Assembly: GCA_038523235.1 (NCBI GenBank)
Contig: JBCBJQ010000032.1
Location: forward strand, 1-52,856
Direction of reading: 5' to 3'
Source: Cyanobacteria bacterium J06626_4
Lineage (GTDB): Bacteria > Cyanobacteriota > Cyanobacteriia > Phormidesmidales > Phormidesmidaceae
Length of the DNA stretch: 52,856 nucleotides
Shown: positions 1-9,200 of the stretch, piece by piece
Numbering within the stretch: the first letter of the stretch is position 1
How the letters are laid out: every line of letters starts with the position of its first letter
The notes under the pieces: model-generated
The model's input: the letters and a program-made list of their open reading frames with translations, nothing else
Database searches by the model: none
Told to the model about the DNA's origin: nothing
Program-made: the position numbers and the translations under genes

Positions 1-82
1 TATTCTAGGCACTCGATTTTTCATTAGCCGCCGCCTATGCCACTTTGCATTTTCTTTGAGGAGTGGTTGATATCAAGAAGAG

Positions 83-1304
83 TTAGGCGATCGGGAGCAC
101 TGCTGATACTGATTTGAAAAATGCACTGGCCATCCTCCATCGGTAGACGAATACAAGACTTCGCACCTTAGCCCGACATCGACTGTACTGCCAGTGTGCC
201 CCCGTGTTTTTTTTCACAATTTGACGGGCGATCGCCAGCCCCAAACCCGTTCCTTTACCCACCGCTTTAGTCGTAAACGAGCTGTCAAAGATCCTCGATT
301 TCACTTCATCTGGCATCCCTTCACCGTTATACATGATGCGGATCTCGACGACCTTTTTTTCGGCTAGCGTAGCAGTCTGAATCATAATTTTCTGAGGCTG
401 CTTTTTCAGTATCTCAGAGGTGTTTTCTTGAGCTATTTCATCGAACATATCAATGGCATTGGCCAGAATATTCATAAACACCTGGTTGAGTTGTCCAGGA
501 AAGCAGTCGATCTCGGGTAATTCACCATAATTTTGTTCGACCTCAATTGCTGAACGTTGATCATTCGCCTTCAATCGATATTTCAGAATTAGCAGGGTGC
601 TATCGAGCCCTTCATGGAGATTGGCTCGAATCGGGTATTCCATATCAGCCCGAGGAAAGGTGCGTAGGCCAGTGCTAATGGATTTAATGCGCTCAGTTGC
701 CCCTTGCATCGAGTTCAGCAACTTGGGCAAATCGTCTAGCAAAAAATCTAAGTCGACCTCTTCAGCACTTTCCTGAACCTGATCGTTAGGAGGTTGTAGC
801 TCTTGATAGGTGGCCAAATACTCAAATAAGTCTTGCACATAGTCTTCAGCACTTTGGATACTACCATTGAGAAAACCAATGGGATTATTGATTTCATGAG
901 CCACACCCGCCACCAAATTACCGAGAGCAGCCATTTTTTCGTACTGCACTATCTGCAGTTGTGATGCTTTGAGCTGTGACAGAGCCGTTTCCAAAGCAAA
1001 TGTCCGGTCTAAAACCTGTTGCTCAAGTTGCTGAGTCATATTCTGCAACTGCAAATGCATTTTGACCCGAGCCAGCAATTCTTCCTTTTGAAAAGGTTTA
1101 CTAATATAATCGATTGCACCTAAAGCAAATCCCTTGGCAATACTGTTAGCATCGTTCAGAGCAGTGATAAAAATAACTGGAATTGAAGCTAAGTCAGGAT
1201 TTCCTTTGATTTTTTGACAGGTTTCAAAGCCGTTTAAACCGGGCATTTGTATGTCTAAAAGAATCAGGTCAGGTCGATAGGTTTGGAGGCGCTTCAAGGC
1301 GCGA
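83..1304 (-). pseudogene. Hybrid response regulator-histidine kinase (REC-HisKA-HATPase), 5'-truncated and frameshifted
   Basis: REC motifs (PDLILLDIQMPG, DYISKPF), H-box VAHEINNP, N-box QVFMNILANA and G2 [11 protein letters not shown] are present. Homology starts mid-REC at about 1304. There is a frameshift at the T8 run 207-214; the shifted frame reads HGGTLAVQSMSG*GAKSCIRLP, with an internal stop. The G1 box is degenerate (YNGEGM). Confidence 0.85.
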
Positions 1305-1951
1305 TCACACAAACAGGCTGCGGGGTAGCAGTTGGCGGTCTTCGGCAAACATGGCCAGCACACACTGCAATACAAAGCGCTGGGCCACAAGTTCCGGTTG
1401 CTCTAGATTCGCTTGGCGGATCAGGCGATCGCGCAGGATTTGATACAGCTCGCCCATGCGGCCCGCGGCTTTTTCCGTCACTTCGACCTGGTTGTGGCCA
1501 AAGACCGACTGGCGCTCGGTGACTTCCATAAAGCCAAAGGTGGCACCGCGATCGGGTAGATCGGCCAGGGCCACCGTGTCGATGGGGGTATCGATTTGCG
1601 TATCAAAGTCGTACACCCAAAACTCGTCAAAATTGCACAGCATCACGTAGCGAGGACGATTGGGCACCGCTCGCTGCCAATAGTCAAAGGCTTGAGAATA
1701 ATGTTTGCTGAGGTCAGCGCCGCGCTTTTTCATCTCGATCAGCACACGCGGCTTCCACACCAGATCCGCAAAACCCGTTTTCCCTTTCTTGCTGCCTCTA
1801 TGGATACGCTCTTCGTACACAGCACCTGCTTCAATCGCCCCTTCATGGCCCAGCGGTCTAAGAAAACCTGAGCTTCGCCTTTTTTGTCTCCGGCGAGATG
1901 AGCTTGAACGAATTGAACAAACGTGTCGAGGCGCTGCGCAGTGGAGGTCAT
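1305..1951 (-). pseudogene. MmeI/YeeA-like type IIL restriction-modification enzyme, N-terminal fragment
   Basis: One frame gives MTSTAQRLDTFVQF...KGEAQVFLDR. After a frameshift near 1855, a second frame gives GFADLVWKPRVLIEMKKRG (PD-(D/E)xK nuclease), YVMLCNFDEFWVYD and RFVLQCVLAMFAED. It stops at 1305 and has no methyltransferase domain. Confidence 0.85.
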
Positions 1952-2260
1952 CGGCGAGTTTGGGGGTGATCTCCCTCAAGCTACCCAGAATGAGGTTTAG
2001 CATCCGGGATTCAGAGAAAACTTAAACAATCAAGGGAAACTGAGCGATCGTGGAGATAGTTCTCTCTTGGTGCAATGCTGGCCGATTATCTATCCCGTTG
2101 TCCAACCAAAGTAAGAGACATTGCTACGCAGCTAACTTTCAGCTCTTCGCGATCGCCCCGGATCTAGCTCAACCCTGCAGAATTTAGTCCTGAGTCATAA
2201 TAGCGATCGCCCTGACAGCTTCATTCAGGGCAACGAGTCCTCTACAGCCAGTGACGAACG

Positions 2261-2812
2261 ATGCGAAAAGTGGAAGTGGTGCCTCCGGATCCGGCTTGGC
2301 CCGCCGCCTTTGCCCGAGCGGCTCAAGAGATTGCTGTGGCGCTGGACAATAACGTCGTGGCGATTCACCATATCGGCAGCACCGCCATCCCCGACATCTA
2401 CGCCAAGCCCATCATTGATCTGCTGGTAGAAGTGGCTGAGCTGGAGCGGGTTGACGCCCACCAAGCGGCGATGACGGCTTTGGGCTACCAGGCCATGGGC
2501 GAGTACGGCATACCGGGGCGGCGCTACTTTCGCAAAGACAACGCGGCTGGCGTGAGAACGCATCACGTCCACGCCTTTGCCGCTGGCAGCGATCAGGTGA
2601 GACGGCACTTAGCATTTCGTGACTATCTATTAGCGCATCCCGCCGCCGCTCAGGAATATAGTGAATTGAAGCGCCGCTTAGCCCAGGCCCATCCCACCGA
2701 TATTGAGCAGTATATGGATGGCAAACATGACTTCATTCAGGCCATTGATCAGCAGGCAGCTCAGTGGTCGGTGGCCAAATCGGCTGCCCGCTCCTCTAAC
2801 AGTTCCTCCTAA
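2261..2812 (+). CDS. GrpB/UPF0157 family nucleotidyltransferase-like protein
   Basis: Motifs IHHIGSTAIP, AKPIIDL, RTHHVH, HLAFRDYL, YSELK and YMDGK. Confidence 0.92.
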   Translation: MRKVEVVPPDPAWPAAFARAAQEIAVALDNNVVAIHHIGSTAIPDIYAKPIIDLLVEVAELERVDAHQAAMTALGYQAMGEYGIPGRRYFRKDNAAGVRTHHVHAFAAGSDQVRRHLAFRDYLLAHPAAAQEYSELKRRLAQAHPTDIEQYMDGKHDFIQAIDQQAAQWSVAKSAARSSNSSS

Positions 2813-2825
2813 CTCGATTTAGCCC

Positions 2826-3812
2826 ATGCCCGATGCCAACAATCTGCTTCGTTTGCTGAGCGCGATCGCGGCCATCATCCTCGGCTCGGGTGGGGTAATT
2901 GCGCTGTTTTATGCGGCGAATCTCGGGGTGAATCAGCTGCCCTATCAGTGGCGATCGCGGATTTTGCCCTGGGTTTACATGATTCCGGCGCTGGCCATTT
3001 TGACGGCGTTTTTGATCTTGCCGACGATTCGCACCATCATCATTAGCTTTCAAGATCAGCGATCGGAGAGCTGGGTGGGGTTGGATAACTATCTGTTTGC
3101 CTTCACCAACTCCGACATGCTGATCGCCTTTCGCAACAACATTTTGTGGCTGGTGCTGGTGACCGGGGTGAGCGTCGGGCTGGGATTGATCATTGCCGTG
3201 CTGGTGGATCGGGTGCGTTACGAGCCGGTGGCGAAGGCACTGATCTTTTTGCCGATGGCGATTTCGTTCGTCGGGGCCAGCGTGATTTGGCGCTTTGTGT
3301 ACGCCTATCAGCCACCGGGCATCGAGCAAATCGGCCTGCTGAATGCGATTGTGGTGGCGCTGGGGTTTGAACCGATCGGCTGGCTGGTGAATAAGGGCGT
3401 CAACAATTTGGCCCTGATTGCCATCATGATCTGGCTGCAGACTGGGTTTGCGATGGTGCTGCTGTCGTCCGCAGTGAAGGGCATTCCTCAAGATGTGATT
3501 GAGGCGGCGCGGATGGATGGGGCCAACGAGCTGCAGATTTTTTGGCGCATCACGATTCCCATGATTAGCTCTACTATCGTGGTGGTTTCGACGACCATCA
3601 TTGTGCTGGTGCTCAAGGTGTTTGACATTGTGTTTGTGATGACGGGCGGCAATTTAGACACCGACGTCATCGCCAGCCGCATGATTAAAGAGATGTTCAA
3701 CTTTCGCAATTTTGGCCGAGGCAGCGCCATCGCCGTCATTTTGCTCTTGGCAGTAATTCCGGTGATGGCGGCCAATATTCGCCGCTTTCAACAGCAGGAG
3801 ACGAACCGATGA
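2826..3812 (+). CDS. Carbohydrate ABC transporter permease (alpha-glucoside/glucosylglycerol GgtC/AglF-like)
   Basis: Multiple transmembrane segments, EAA motif EAARMDGA, and LPMAISFVGASVIWRFVY typical of AglF/GgtC. Confidence 0.9.
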   Translation: MPDANNLLRLLSAIAAIILGSGGVIALFYAANLGVNQLPYQWRSRILPWVYMIPALAILTAFLILPTIRTIIISFQDQRSESWVGLDNYLFAFTNSDMLIAFRNNILWLVLVTGVSVGLGLIIAVLVDRVRYEPVAKALIFLPMAISFVGASVIWRFVYAYQPPGIEQIGLLNAIVVALGFEPIGWLVNKGVNNLALIAIMIWLQTGFAMVLLSSAVKGIPQDVIEAARMDGANELQIFWRITIPMISSTIVVVSTTIIVLVLKVFDIVFVMTGGNLDTDVIASRMIKEMFNFRNFGRGSAIAVILLLAVIPVMAANIRRFQQQETNR

Positions 3813-4711
3813 CGGCCCGCCCCGACCCGAGATCGCGCCAATCTCGTTCCTGGATGGATCGGGTAGAAACCTGGTTCACGACGGCCCCGGTTCACATTGT
3901 GGTGGTGGCGATCGCCCTGCTGTGGACGCTACCCACGGCGGGACTGCTGATTAGCTCCTTTCGTCAGCCCGACGCCCTGCTAGAGAGTGGCTGGTGGACT
4001 GTCTTCATGCCGCCGCTCGATCTGGGTCAGTTTCACCTGGGCAACTACGGCGACGTATTGACCGGTCAGGGCATGGGGCAGGCGTTTTTGAACAGCCTGA
4101 TTATCACAATTCCGGCGACGGTGATGCCCATTGCGATCGCCACCTTCGCTGCCTACGCCCTGGCCTGGATGCGCTTTCCAGGGCGGCAGCTGCTGTTTGT
4201 CATGATTGTGGGGCTGCTGGTGGTGCCGCTGCAGATGACGCTGATTCCCGTGCTGCGGGCTTACAACACGCTCGGTTTGGCAGGCACGTTTATGGGTGTG
4301 TGGTTGGCTCATACTGGGTACGGTCTACCCCTCGGCATTTATCTGCTGCGTAACTACATTGGCACCCTGCCCCGCGACCTGATCGAAGCGGCGGCGGTGG
4401 ATGGTGCGTCTCATCTGAAGATTTTTACGCGCATCGTGGTGCCTCTCTCGACGCCCGCGATCGCCTCCTTTGCCGTCTTCCAGTTTCTCTGGGTGTGGAA
4501 TGATTTGCTGGTAGCGCTGGTGTATCTGGGCGGCAATCAAGAGGTGGCCCCCGTGACGCTGGTGCTGCGGAATCTGGTGGGCGATCGCGGCCAAGACTGG
4601 CATTTACTCACGGCGGGGGCGTTTATTTCGATGGTGGTGCCGCTGCTGGTATTCTTTGCCCTACAGCGGTATTTTGTGCGGGGCTTGTTGGCAGGGTCGG
4701 TGAAGGGATAA
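3809..4711 (+). CDS. Carbohydrate ABC transporter permease (GgtD/AglG-like)
   Basis: EAAAVDGA, FQFLWVWNDLL and C-terminal QRYFVRGLLAGSVKG. ATGA overlap with the upstream permease. Confidence 0.9.
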   Translation: MTARPDPRSRQSRSWMDRVETWFTTAPVHIVVVAIALLWTLPTAGLLISSFRQPDALLESGWWTVFMPPLDLGQFHLGNYGDVLTGQGMGQAFLNSLIITIPATVMPIAIATFAAYALAWMRFPGRQLLFVMIVGLLVVPLQMTLIPVLRAYNTLGLAGTFMGVWLAHTGYGLPLGIYLLRNYIGTLPRDLIEAAAVDGASHLKIFTRIVVPLSTPAIASFAVFQFLWVWNDLLVALVYLGGNQEVAPVTLVLRNLVGDRGQDWHLLTAGAFISMVVPLLVFFALQRYFVRGLLAGSVKG

Positions 4712-5817
4712 TGGCACACATCGTATTTGAACAGGTCACCAAGCAGTACGAGAACGGCTTTGTCGCCGTCAAAGACCTGAATCTAGACATCGGCGACGAT
4801 GAGTTTCTGGTACTAGTCGGCCCGTCGGGCTGTGGCAAAACCACGTCGCTGCGGATGCTGGCCGGGCTGGAATCGATCAGTCGTGGCAATCTCTACATCA
4901 ACGGCGAGCGGGTCAACGATCGCGCCCCTCGCGAGCGCGATATTGCCATGGTGTTTCAGTCCTACGCGCTGTATCCCCACATGAGCGTGTTTGACAACAT
5001 GGCCTTTAGCCTGCAGCTGCAGGGCACGCCCAAAGTCGATGTTCAGCAGCGGGTGCAGGCCGCCGCCGCCCAGCTTGGCATTGAAGAACTGCTTGATCGC
5101 AAACCCAAACAGCTGTCGGGGGGACAGCGGCAGCGAGTCGCTGTGGGCCGGGCGATCGTCCGCGACCCCGCTGCCTTTTTGATGGATGAGCCGTTGTCAA
5201 ACCTGGATGCCAAGCTGCGGGTACAGGCGCGCGCCGAACTGACGAAGCTGCACCACAAGCTGGGGACGACGTTTATCTATGTCACCCACGACCAGGTCGA
5301 AGCGATGACGATGGGCAGCCGCATCGCCGTGATGAACCAGGGTATTTTGCAGCAGGTCGATACGCCCCAAACCCTCTACGACAGCCCGAACAATATGTTC
5401 GTCGCCGGATTCATGGGCAGTCCGGCGATGAATTTCTTCGAGGCCGACCTCCAGCCTGAAGGCGACACCCTCTTTATCCACGCGGGCAGTCTCAAGGTGC
5501 CGGTTCCCGCTGACGTGCGATCGCGCTATGAATCCTATGTCGGCACCCCTCTTATCTTCGGCATCCGCCCCGACAATATCTACAACCCCAAGTGTGCGCC
5601 CCCTGGCATCAACCCGATAGACATCGAAGCGACCGTGTCGGTGGTGGAAATGATGGGCTACGAAGAAATTGTCTATCTCATGCTGGCAGACAGTCAGGAA
5701 CTGATCGCCCGCATTGATCCGCGATCTCGCTTCACCCCCGGCGAAACCGTCCGTGTCAGCCTCGATATGAACTGCTTTCACCTCTTCGATCGCGCCTCCG
5801 AACAGGTTCTGCCCTAA
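4711..5817 (+). CDS. Sugar ABC transporter ATP-binding protein (MalK/UgpC/GgtA-like)
   Basis: Walker [25 protein letters not shown] and TOBE-like C-terminus (GIRP). Its start overlaps the permease stop by 1 nt. Confidence 0.93.
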   Translation: MAHIVFEQVTKQYENGFVAVKDLNLDIGDDEFLVLVGPSGCGKTTSLRMLAGLESISRGNLYINGERVNDRAPRERDIAMVFQSYALYPHMSVFDNMAFSLQLQGTPKVDVQQRVQAAAAQLGIEELLDRKPKQLSGGQRQRVAVGRAIVRDPAAFLMDEPLSNLDAKLRVQARAELTKLHHKLGTTFIYVTHDQVEAMTMGSRIAVMNQGILQQVDTPQTLYDSPNNMFVAGFMGSPAMNFFEADLQPEGDTLFIHAGSLKVPVPADVRSRYESYVGTPLIFGIRPDNIYNPKCAPPGINPIDIEATVSVVEMMGYEEIVYLMLADSQELIARIDPRSRFTPGETVRVSLDMNCFHLFDRASEQVLP

Positions 5818-6034
5818 CGGGAGGCGTTAGTTAATTTCTAAAAGCTTTGGGGCTAGATATTACTGCACCTGCTGCGATGTCCCTTCAATGGATTTTCTGG
5901 CAATTACCGACAGGTGTGCTCTTTGTGGGGCTGCGCAGGTTTAGAGGTCGGCCTCTGTGGCACTGAAGAATAACCGTCAGCGGTGACAGATTACGGCAAA
6001 CACCAGGTCAAATTTGGATGCTTGCATCTACAAC

Positions 6035-7765
6035 ATGCGCTTAGAATTCATCACTCAAAAACGGAGAGCTCCTTTGAGAAGTTTGAAAACTTGCTTGCTC
6101 AGTCTGCTGGCGATCGCGCTCATCTTTAGCATTATGCCCGCTGCTTGGGCACTGCCGGGGCTTTATGTGGCGGGGGCTGACGCTCATTTGTATAACCACA
6201 CATCTCATGTGGTGATTGCCCGCGAAGGCAACCAAACCACCCTCACCATGCTTAATGACTACGAAGGAGATGTCGGTGAGTTTGCCCTGATTGTGCCGAT
6301 TCCCGCCGATATTGAGCCAGAGCAAGTTCGTGTAGTAGATCCAGTTTTAGTCGCGCGCATGAACTATTTAAGCTCACCTAGACTGACCTATGATCGCGAG
6401 GGTTATCAAGGTTCTCTCTCGTTAGGGTTTAGTGCTTGTGACCGGGCCTTATGGGCAACTCAGCCCTACCGTCTCGCCTCATTTGGACTCTTGGGGTCTG
6501 GCATAAGTTACCCAACTGCAGAAGATTTTTTTGGGCGATCAACTACAGGCGAGTATGCGCTGACTGTCTTCAAGCCGCAGGGCATTCAACACCTGAAAAC
6601 GTGGGCAGAGCAGCAAGGCTATGCAATATCTTCTGCAGCTCAAAATGCATTAACCCCTTACATTCGGCAGGGTATGAGCTTTGTCGTGGCTAAAATTACC
6701 ATTCCAGAGTTTGAACCAGGACAGTCCTATTATCTGAAGCCGCTACAAATAATCTATAACTCGCCACAGTTTATGCTGCCAATTCAGCCAGGCAAGCTGA
6801 ATTCTAACGGCAAGCAGAATTTAAAAACATATTTGTTCTCAGCTGCAGGTCGGACAGAGGTTGTGAATTATCGGACGGCGAATATGCCGACTGGGATGGC
6901 ACTTCCTGAATTTGCTAGAGCTGACTTCAGCAATATTTATCAGGAAATCGTTCAGAAAACTTTCGGAAAAACAGATAGAAATACTGTGCTTCTAGAGGCT
7001 GCTTTTTTGGGGAAAGATTTGTATGAATCGTCCCATCAATCACCCCGGATAGACATTATAGATGATGCACCTACTCTTCAAGATATGGGTGTCTTTTGGC
7101 TGGCTTCAGCTGCTACTGATAACGATCATCCCAGGGAAAACGTCTTCTTTACCGGCTTACTTTTTCAGTATGCGCCTAATGACTTTTCAGAGGATTTGAT
7201 GTTTTACACAACTGAAAACAAGCAGCGATTTGAAGCCCAGTATGCAATCAATCAATATACTGTCAATGGTGATTTTCGTTGGGCTAGCATAAATGATGGC
7301 TCCCTCTCAGTACAAACGGCTGAGCAATGTGCGGAAGCAATTATCGATGATTTCCGAGAATCATATGAGTATAGTCTTGAGCGAGCAAGACGAAATCCAG
7401 AAAGTAGTTCGCCTACTGACTTTTCGACTTTTCTCAGAATGGGCATTGATCATTTATCAGACCTCCGCTCACATGCATATGAGTTTAGGGCTCTGATTTC
7501 TGGGTATGGGATTGTGGATCTTGAGGACTTCACCCCTTTAACCGATGCCGACAATCCTTTGGACTATATTTCGCAACTTAGTCAGTCGATGTTTGCCCAG
7601 CAAGTCGTAGAAATCTCCAAGCGACTCAACGAAGAATCACGAACGCTGTCGAGGTTGACGGGTTGGCCGCTGAATGAAATTCGGCAGCGCATTACCGCCG
7701 AGCATGGGGAAGTGCCAGAAAGTTGGCGACTGCTGTATCCGGTTCCTGAGGACGCAGATCTGTGA
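6035..7765 (+). CDS. DUF2330-like exported protein, divergent
   Basis: Signal peptide (LLSLLAIALIFSIMPAAWA) followed by GLYVAGADAHLYN, TLTMLNDYEGDVGEFALIVPIP, YIRQGMSFVVAK and C-terminal TLSRLTGW. The start is uncertain (6014 or 6035). Confidence 0.75.
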   Translation: MRLEFITQKRRAPLRSLKTCLLSLLAIALIFSIMPAAWALPGLYVAGADAHLYNHTSHVVIAREGNQTTLTMLNDYEGDVGEFALIVPIPADIEPEQVRVVDPVLVARMNYLSSPRLTYDREGYQGSLSLGFSACDRALWATQPYRLASFGLLGSGISYPTAEDFFGRSTTGEYALTVFKPQGIQHLKTWAEQQGYAISSAAQNALTPYIRQGMSFVVAKITIPEFEPGQSYYLKPLQIIYNSPQFMLPIQPGKLNSNGKQNLKTYLFSAAGRTEVVNYRTANMPTGMALPEFARADFSNIYQEIVQKTFGKTDRNTVLLEAAFLGKDLYESSHQSPRIDIIDDAPTLQDMGVFWLASAATDNDHPRENVFFTGLLFQYAPNDFSEDLMFYTTENKQRFEAQYAINQYTVNGDFRWASINDGSLSVQTAEQCAEAIIDDFRESYEYSLERARRNPESSSPTDFSTFLRMGIDHLSDLRSHAYEFRALISGYGIVDLEDFTPLTDADNPLDYISQLSQSMFAQQVVEISKRLNEESRTLSRLTGWPLNEIRQRITAEHGEVPESWRLLYPVPEDADL

Positions 7766-7845
7766 ACGACACTTGCAGCTGATCCAGTGTGATGCCGATA
7801 GTCGAGTGGTTAAGCAAGTAGTGATAATCGCCTCATGTCCCCGCT

Positions 7846-8433
7846 TTAAGCTCTGCTGTGATGCCCCGCACGCAGTATCTCGTAAGGAATTTTATAGACC
7901 ACTTCGTCCAAAACATGACCAGTCATGGCTTCAACCTTTTGCTCGGAAATGACAAAGCCGCCGAGTGCTTCCGGGATTTTGCGACTGGGAATATTGGCCT
8001 TGTCTACGGGATAAATGACATATTCAAATTCGAGATTGGCAACGGCCCAAGTCGTCAGTAGCTCAATCGCTTCCTTACCATAGCCATTGCCGTGAGCAGA
8101 CTTTTTTAGCCAAATTCCCAGTTCAGGCGTGCGATGGCCCTGCGTAATGTGTAACCCACAACAGCCTAAAAACTCCCCCTCTCGGTGGGCGATCGCCAAT
8201 ACCAAATCAGTTCGCCGACGCATTTTGGCCAGTGAGTCGGTGATGAAAGCCAGCGTTTCGTCGATAGTTTCAGCCGGTTTAGGAAACATGTAACGCGTAA
8301 TCTCGGCGTTGAACTCGGTGAATATCTCTGCAGCGAATTTTTCATGAATAGCGTGCAAAATCACCCGCTGCCCTGCGATCTGCAAGACAGTGAGATCGGG
8401 GGGCGGCTGTTGCCTAAAGCGGAAGGGTTTCAT
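7846..8433 (-). CDS. GNAT family N-acetyltransferase (RimJ/RimL-like)
   Basis: EFLGCCGLH, PELGIWLKKSAHGNGYGKEA and NIPSRKIPEALGG. ATG at 8433 chosen to avoid overlap. Confidence 0.85.
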   Translation of the reverse strand: MKPFRFRQQPPPDLTVLQIAGQRVILHAIHEKFAAEIFTEFNAEITRYMFPKPAETIDETLAFITDSLAKMRRRTDLVLAIAHREGEFLGCCGLHITQGHRTPELGIWLKKSAHGNGYGKEAIELLTTWAVANLEFEYVIYPVDKANIPSRKIPEALGGFVISEQKVEAMTGHVLDEVVYKIPYEILRAGHHSRA

Positions 8434-8459
8434 GTCTGACTTTGGCCGGTTGATTTGAG

Positions 8460-8990
8460 TCACGTTTGCATTGTCGAAACATGAGCCTTTTGCCAATCTT
8501 CGACCGCGCAGTACCCAGGCATGTCAGCAATTCTCGCTGCTGTAGAGACATATAGCGCCTCATCTGGCTGCGTCAAATCGATCTGGAACTTACAGGGTTG
8601 ATGAACGTACCACGGCGTATCCATAAAAATTTCCAACCGATTTTCCTCCGGGTCTCGGAAGTAGATTGACCAAGTTGTGCCATGGGAAACCGAGTCTACC
8701 GGTACCTCAGAGCCCAGCAGTGATCGATAAAACTGACGTAGATCCGAGAGCGCAGATACCCGAAAAGAAATATGATCCACGGGACTATTGGTGACGTGAT
8801 GGGTCGGACGGGGATTCAACACGAGTTGATGATGTTCTGCCGGATTACGGCTGAGGAACACCAGGCCGCCCGCCCCCGCACCGCGATCGGTGACAACAAA
8901 GCCCAGCAAGTCGGTATAAAAGCGTTCCATCTTTGCCACATCGCGGACATACAGCTCAAGGTGACTCAGCGCCATTACTGGAAACGTCAT
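8460..8990 (-). CDS. VOC/glyoxalase family protein (extradiol dioxygenase-like, single domain)
   Basis: SHLELYVRD, FYTDLLGF, EHHQLVL, DHISFRV and SIYFRDPEENRLE. Confidence 0.88.
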   Translation of the reverse strand: MTFPVMALSHLELYVRDVAKMERFYTDLLGFVVTDRGAGAGGLVFLSRNPAEHHQLVLNPRPTHHVTNSPVDHISFRVSALSDLRQFYRSLLGSEVPVDSVSHGTTWSIYFRDPEENRLEIFMDTPWYVHQPCKFQIDLTQPDEALYVSTAARIADMPGYCAVEDWQKAHVSTMQT

Positions 8991-9200
8991 TACGGCCCAT
9001 CCTTGCAGTGCATTTTGCCGGTTCGTCATCATTGCGAAGCCTCTGAAAATTCTAACGATTCAGATCGGCGGAGTTCTCTGCAGAAAGTCTCGCTGACAGG
9101 GCCATCCCTTGTGTGAATATTTCAGTTGCGGCACACACACTGTCTCTGAGTAGGCCGTTAGATGAGTAAGATCAGTGCTTTGAGCTGAACAAAGGGGCCG

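Noticed and set aside
1305..1390. Cys-rich N-terminus of ORF 83..1390 as a novel sensor domain
   Set aside because: It is an alternative-frame reading of the mmeI-like fragment across the junction.
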